From the IMG/VR virus record IMGVR_UViG_3300030430_005159, positions 1 to 55,082 of that record: 55,082 nucleotides of DNA. One strand, given 5' to 3'. The DNA comes from a virus. Taxonomy: Duplodnaviria; Caudoviricetes. How positions within the stretch are numbered: position 1 is the first letter of the stretch; every line of letters begins with the position of its first letter. The notes under the pieces are model-generated. The model saw nothing but the letters and a program-made list of their open reading frames with translations. It ran no database searches and was not told where the DNA came from. A program made the position numbers and the translations under genes. This document shows, piece after piece, positions 53,537-55,082 of the stretch.

Positions 53537-53857
53537 ATGCCCACTGTTACCATCGCAACCGTAGACGGAACGCAAGAAGTACCCGCAAGGCCGACCAACA
53601 TTCCGGGGCTGGTCATCACCGGCCCTCGGACCTGTTACTCAATCACCCACGTTGCCAGCGGATACCAAGTCTGCCACGCGAGCATTCACAACGTGAACGC
53701 GACCCTGCCACAAATCCGCGCGGCCATGATTAAGGCGGGCATCGGTGAGATTGACTGGACCCTGCCCGGCGACCGCTTGCCGTTCGACGCCTGCCGCGCG
53801 TGGTGCATCCGCTTCGGCGACTATGTGAGTGTGCCGAGCATTGCTCAGCTTCCCTAA
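53537..53857 (+). CDS. Hypothetical early protein
   Basis: 106 aa; TGGAG RBS; YSITHVASG motif. Confidence 0.7.
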   Translation: MPTVTIATVDGTQEVPARPTNIPGLVITGPRTCYSITHVASGYQVCHASIHNVNATLPQIRAAMIKAGIGEIDWTLPGDRLPFDACRAWCIRFGDYVSVPSIAQLP

Positions 53858-53899
53858 GTAGAACCCACAACCGGGGCCTCGCGCCCCATTGGAGACCCT

Positions 53900-54070
53900 A
53901 TGCCCGTCCGCATCACCATTGAATTCGACACCAACATTGACCCCGACACCCTCAAGGCTCGCGTCGTCGCGGCCATCGGTCGGGGCGAGCCAGCCCTCGA
54001 AGACAACGTCCGCGAGTACTGCGAGGCCGACCCCGACACCGTGACCGTAACGGTCATCGAGGAGGACTGA
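53900..54070 (+). CDS. 56-aa acidic hypothetical protein
   Basis: TGGAG RBS; MPVRITIEFDTNIDPDTLKARVVAAIGRGEPALEDNVREYCEADPDTVTVTVIEED* (below the ORF-track cutoff). Confidence 0.7.
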   Translation: MPVRITIEFDTNIDPDTLKARVVAAIGRGEPALEDNVREYCEADPDTVTVTVIEED

Positions 54071-54246
54071 TGCCAGACTGGACCATGGAAAACCTGCTGA
54101 CTGAGATATTGGGCCTAATCGAAAACATCGACGCAGCATTGGATGAGGGCGACGATGAGGCAACCCAAGAGGCTATCGATACAGCCTGGGCGATCGTACA
54201 CCATGAAACAAAACAGGCTTGGCTCAACTCTGTGCTTTCTATCTGA
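54070..54246 (+). CDS. 58-aa acidic hypothetical protein
   Basis: TGATG coupling, GGAGGA RBS; MPDWTMENLLTEILGLIENIDAALDEGDDEATQEAIDTAWAIVHHETKQAWLNSVLSI*. Confidence 0.7.
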   Translation: MPDWTMENLLTEILGLIENIDAALDEGDDEATQEAIDTAWAIVHHETKQAWLNSVLSI

Positions 54247-54288
54247 ACCCCAACCCGAACCGGGGCACCGTGCCCCATTGGAGCAAAC

Positions 54289-54510
54289 ATGCTTTTGCCA
54301 CGAGACACCACCCGGCTGGCCGCGGCCATCGATGCCGGTATCGTCAAGTTCAACCACACCCACGCGTTCCAGTGCACCACCGAAGGGTGCACCAATCCCC
54401 TGCTCGAGCCCATCGCCTTCAACGCCACGAGCCGCATCGATGGCGAGTACATCTGCGAAGGCTGCCGCGAGTGGGAGACCACGCAAGGAACCAAGTGCCC
54501 GCAAGGGTGA
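54289..54510 (+). CDS. Small zinc-finger-like protein
   Basis: 73 aa; CTTEGC...CEGC; TGGAG RBS. Confidence 0.65.
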   Translation: MLLPRDTTRLAAAIDAGIVKFNHTHAFQCTTEGCTNPLLEPIAFNATSRIDGEYICEGCREWETTQGTKCPQG

Positions 54511-54561
54511 ACCATCAACCGGGGGCGCAAGCCCCCACCATTCAAACAACGGGAGCCCATC

Positions 54562-55020
54562 ATGGGAACATCTACGCCCAACGGAATCGTCATCGCTCAT
54601 GATGACCATGACCTTCAACCCCCACACCTCGCGTTCATCGACGAGGCACTGTCCGATTGGGACGGCTCATTCATGCTTCGGGTGCTGACCTTGCCCGATG
54701 ACTGCCCCAGCCTGCCCTCCGCCCTCTACGGGCCCACCGCCGGCGATGCACCCGTAACCGAGGACCGCGTAACGTATGAGAAGCGGAACAATCGGCCCGG
54801 CCCCTCGCGTCTCATCGATGCACCGATGCGGCCTGCCCGCAACATGGTGGTCATCGGCATGCGCGTCGAGGACGGGACGCTCATGCTGTTCACGGCCTAC
54901 GGCACGCAGTCTGCCAGCCCCTCGCCTCGCGAGTGGTGGGACGCAGGCATGAAGCCTCACGAGGCCGTTGAGGCGGCGCAGTTTTGGTCAACGCATGCTC
55001 TTGCAACGGGGGGTGAGTGA
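54562..55020 (+). CDS. Hypothetical early protein
   Basis: 152 aa; GGGAG RBS; ALYGP..GD.PV, R..PSRL, LFTAYG..PREWWD motifs look like a conserved phage family. Confidence 0.7.
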   Translation: MGTSTPNGIVIAHDDHDLQPPHLAFIDEALSDWDGSFMLRVLTLPDDCPSLPSALYGPTAGDAPVTEDRVTYEKRNNRPGPSRLIDAPMRPARNMVVIGMRVEDGTLMLFTAYGTQSASPSPREWWDAGMKPHEAVEAAQFWSTHALATGGE

Positions 55021-55082
55021 TGCCTGTTGGTTTCGATGAATGGTGCAAGATGAGCGGTGTGCCAAACCGTTGGGAGTCTACG
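55020..55082 (+). CDS. 5' fragment of the next early gene
   Basis: TGATG coupling; MPVGFDEWCKMSGVPNRWEST... runs off the window. Confidence 0.5.
   Translation, partial: MPVGFDEWCKMSGVPNRWEST

Larger units (their letters stand above)
53495..54561 (+). repeat. Four copies of an intergenic GAACC..ACCGGGGC-loop-GCCCCA-(YTGGAG) element
   Basis: Copies at ~53495-53536, 53861-53899, 54245-54288 and 54509-54561, each directly after a stop and before an ATG. Confidence 0.85.

Noticed and set aside
53495-54561. CRISPR array or integron attC reading of the intergenic repeats
   Set aside because: Repeats are degenerate and separated by whole genes; no cas or integrase gene and no RYYYAAC/GTTRRRY ends.
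1-55082. tRNA genes, integrase, stop-codon recoding, tape measure or sheath
   Set aside because: None recognised; genes tile densely under the standard code using TAA, TAG and TGA stops.

Overview
The window is a 55-kb piece of a tailed dsDNA bacteriophage with podovirus-like architecture; no tape-measure, sheath, integrase, tRNA or CRISPR was recognised. From about 750 to 50060 almost all genes lie on the minus strand. In transcription order they are: RusA resolvase, a pair of small beta-rich virion proteins, a 2232-aa polyvalent protein (zincin, ParB-like and ADP-ribosyltransferase-like domains), a cluster of small basic or Cys-rich proteins, SSB, terminase, portal, scaffold, major capsid, tail adaptor and nozzle, giant ejection-type proteins with an M23 peptidase, fibres and a beta-propeller, and a lysis cassette with an L,D-transpeptidase-fold endolysin. 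A DUF2589-like gene pair converges on this block from the left. At about 50060 GC content rises sharply into a ~2.3-kb non-coding region. It holds degenerate GC repeats, a hairpin plus boxA-like leader followed by a long, densely base-paired candidate ncRNA, and an origin-like TGTCCC repeat/inverted-repeat array. Small plus-strand early-type genes follow, separated by a repeated hairpin+RBS element. The most novel candidates are the boxA-led structured RNA, the repeated early-gene cassette element, and an E-x-G-[D/N/Q/G]-P motif shared by putative capsid cargo proteins. All family calls are from motif recognition by eye; no database search was run.
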